Source: Pecten maximus (lineage: Eukaryota). From it: DNA of 64,000 nt. The DNA lies in assembly GCF_902652985.1 (NCBI RefSeq), contig NC_047020.1, positions 12,028,001-12,092,000 on the forward strand. The letters are read 5' to 3'. This document shows, piece after piece, positions 62,918 through 64,000 of the stretch (position 1 is its first letter; every line of letters starts with the position of its first letter). The notes below the pieces were generated by a model. It saw nothing but the letters and a program-made list of their open reading frames with translations. It was not told where the DNA came from and made no database searches. A program made the position numbers and the translations under genes.

Positions 62918-64000
62918 AATAAGGACTGGTATATGACTGCTCTCTTTATTCCATTACAATATGTCTATGTTTTCATTGATACAGTGTCTATGCAAGACAC
63001 GGTAGTAATAGAAGTGTCGACATTCCGACGGTGATATTTTTTATATAAAGTGTCATATTCAGGTATTTATTATTTCAATTGTCAAAAACTTCTATGCATA
63101 CACTCCTCCAAATTAGCTAGCACGTAACGACACAGTGAACACACCACATGTGTATTCCGTTATATTCTGTGTCGAGAATGAATAAGGTAATTATGATTTT
63201 TTAATGAAACTGTAAGTTGTAGACCAAATGTTCTGGAAGAGAAAGTGTCTTCTTCATAGGTTACACTAGTCAAGAAAATCTGAGTTTAAACCCAGATAAT
63301 GTCAAGTTCTCAAAAGCGGGGTACGAAGACAACTGAATATGCACTTCTAGCTTCACAACACAAGAAAATACTCGTAAAATACTTAATAAAAATGATAAGA
63401 TGATGATGTTGACCGTAAATCCTTTTATGTTCCTCATCACCTCACATCTTTAGAAACCCGAGATTGGTCAGCAGCCAACATCTGTCACTGCAAATGTGAT
63501 ATTGGGAACCAGTCCCAGGATTTCAAATTAGCATTGCATTGTCAACAACATTGCCAAGGGAAGCAGAAATCATCACTTTTACCATACAGCTTAGCTGACG
63601 TTGAGGTGTCAGCTGTGTCCTTGATTTGAAGCATTTTAGGGTTTATCCTATCGACATGGTTAGTAAAGTTTTAATTCAAAGATAACGCATTATAAAAACC
63701 TCATCTAGGTTTTGCTTGTAGATTTAAACCTTAATCTAGCTAAACTTTATTATCCTTTATGCACATATCTTTATTTAATTTCCGTCAAATCTACTCATTT
63801 ACGCCAACAATCCATATGTAAAGGATGTAATAAACATCTAAAACGAACGTGAACCAACCCTTACCCTCTCCTTTCCTTTGCCTTCGAGGCAGTAACCGGA
63901 ACGTCTGATCGACTTTGGACTTCTGATGCTTGGTTTTGATCTTCAATCTTCAAAGAAACCATTTGGCATGTGCGTGTGTGACGACATATTCTGCTGCTCA

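Overview
Intron-rich, AT-rich eukaryotic DNA. Gene content and repeat types suggest a mollusc, probably a bivalve (inference). I reconstructed the genes by hand from splice sites. (1) A complete 8-exon, minus-strand Cys-loop anion channel subunit (glycine receptor/GluCl-like, 402 aa, 14244-23112). (2) A tandem cluster of three 4-exon, plus-strand CYP2-clan cytochrome P450 genes: copy A (31070-35765) is intact, copy B (41392-47064) has one early TAG, and copy C (57771-62917) has three +1 insertions. (3) A probable signal-peptide first exon of another minus-strand gene (2596-2647) and an orphan exon-like frame with one in-frame stop (4195-4693). Roughly a quarter to a third of the window is minisatellite, from more than 15 unrelated families; these produce most of the long ORFs in the supplied track. 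The rest holds relics of mariner, Gypsy, DIRS, Crypton-like, LINE, SINE and MITE elements. The most notable observations are a ~40-unit intronic array with ~27 perfect CRE (TGACGTCA) sites in P450 C, mosaic P450 paralogues, a non-canonical agonist pocket in the channel, two micro-elements stacked at one 9-bp target, and a telomere-repeat filler at a deletion junction. No CRISPR, rRNA or intact tRNA was seen, and no novel system is established from sequence alone.
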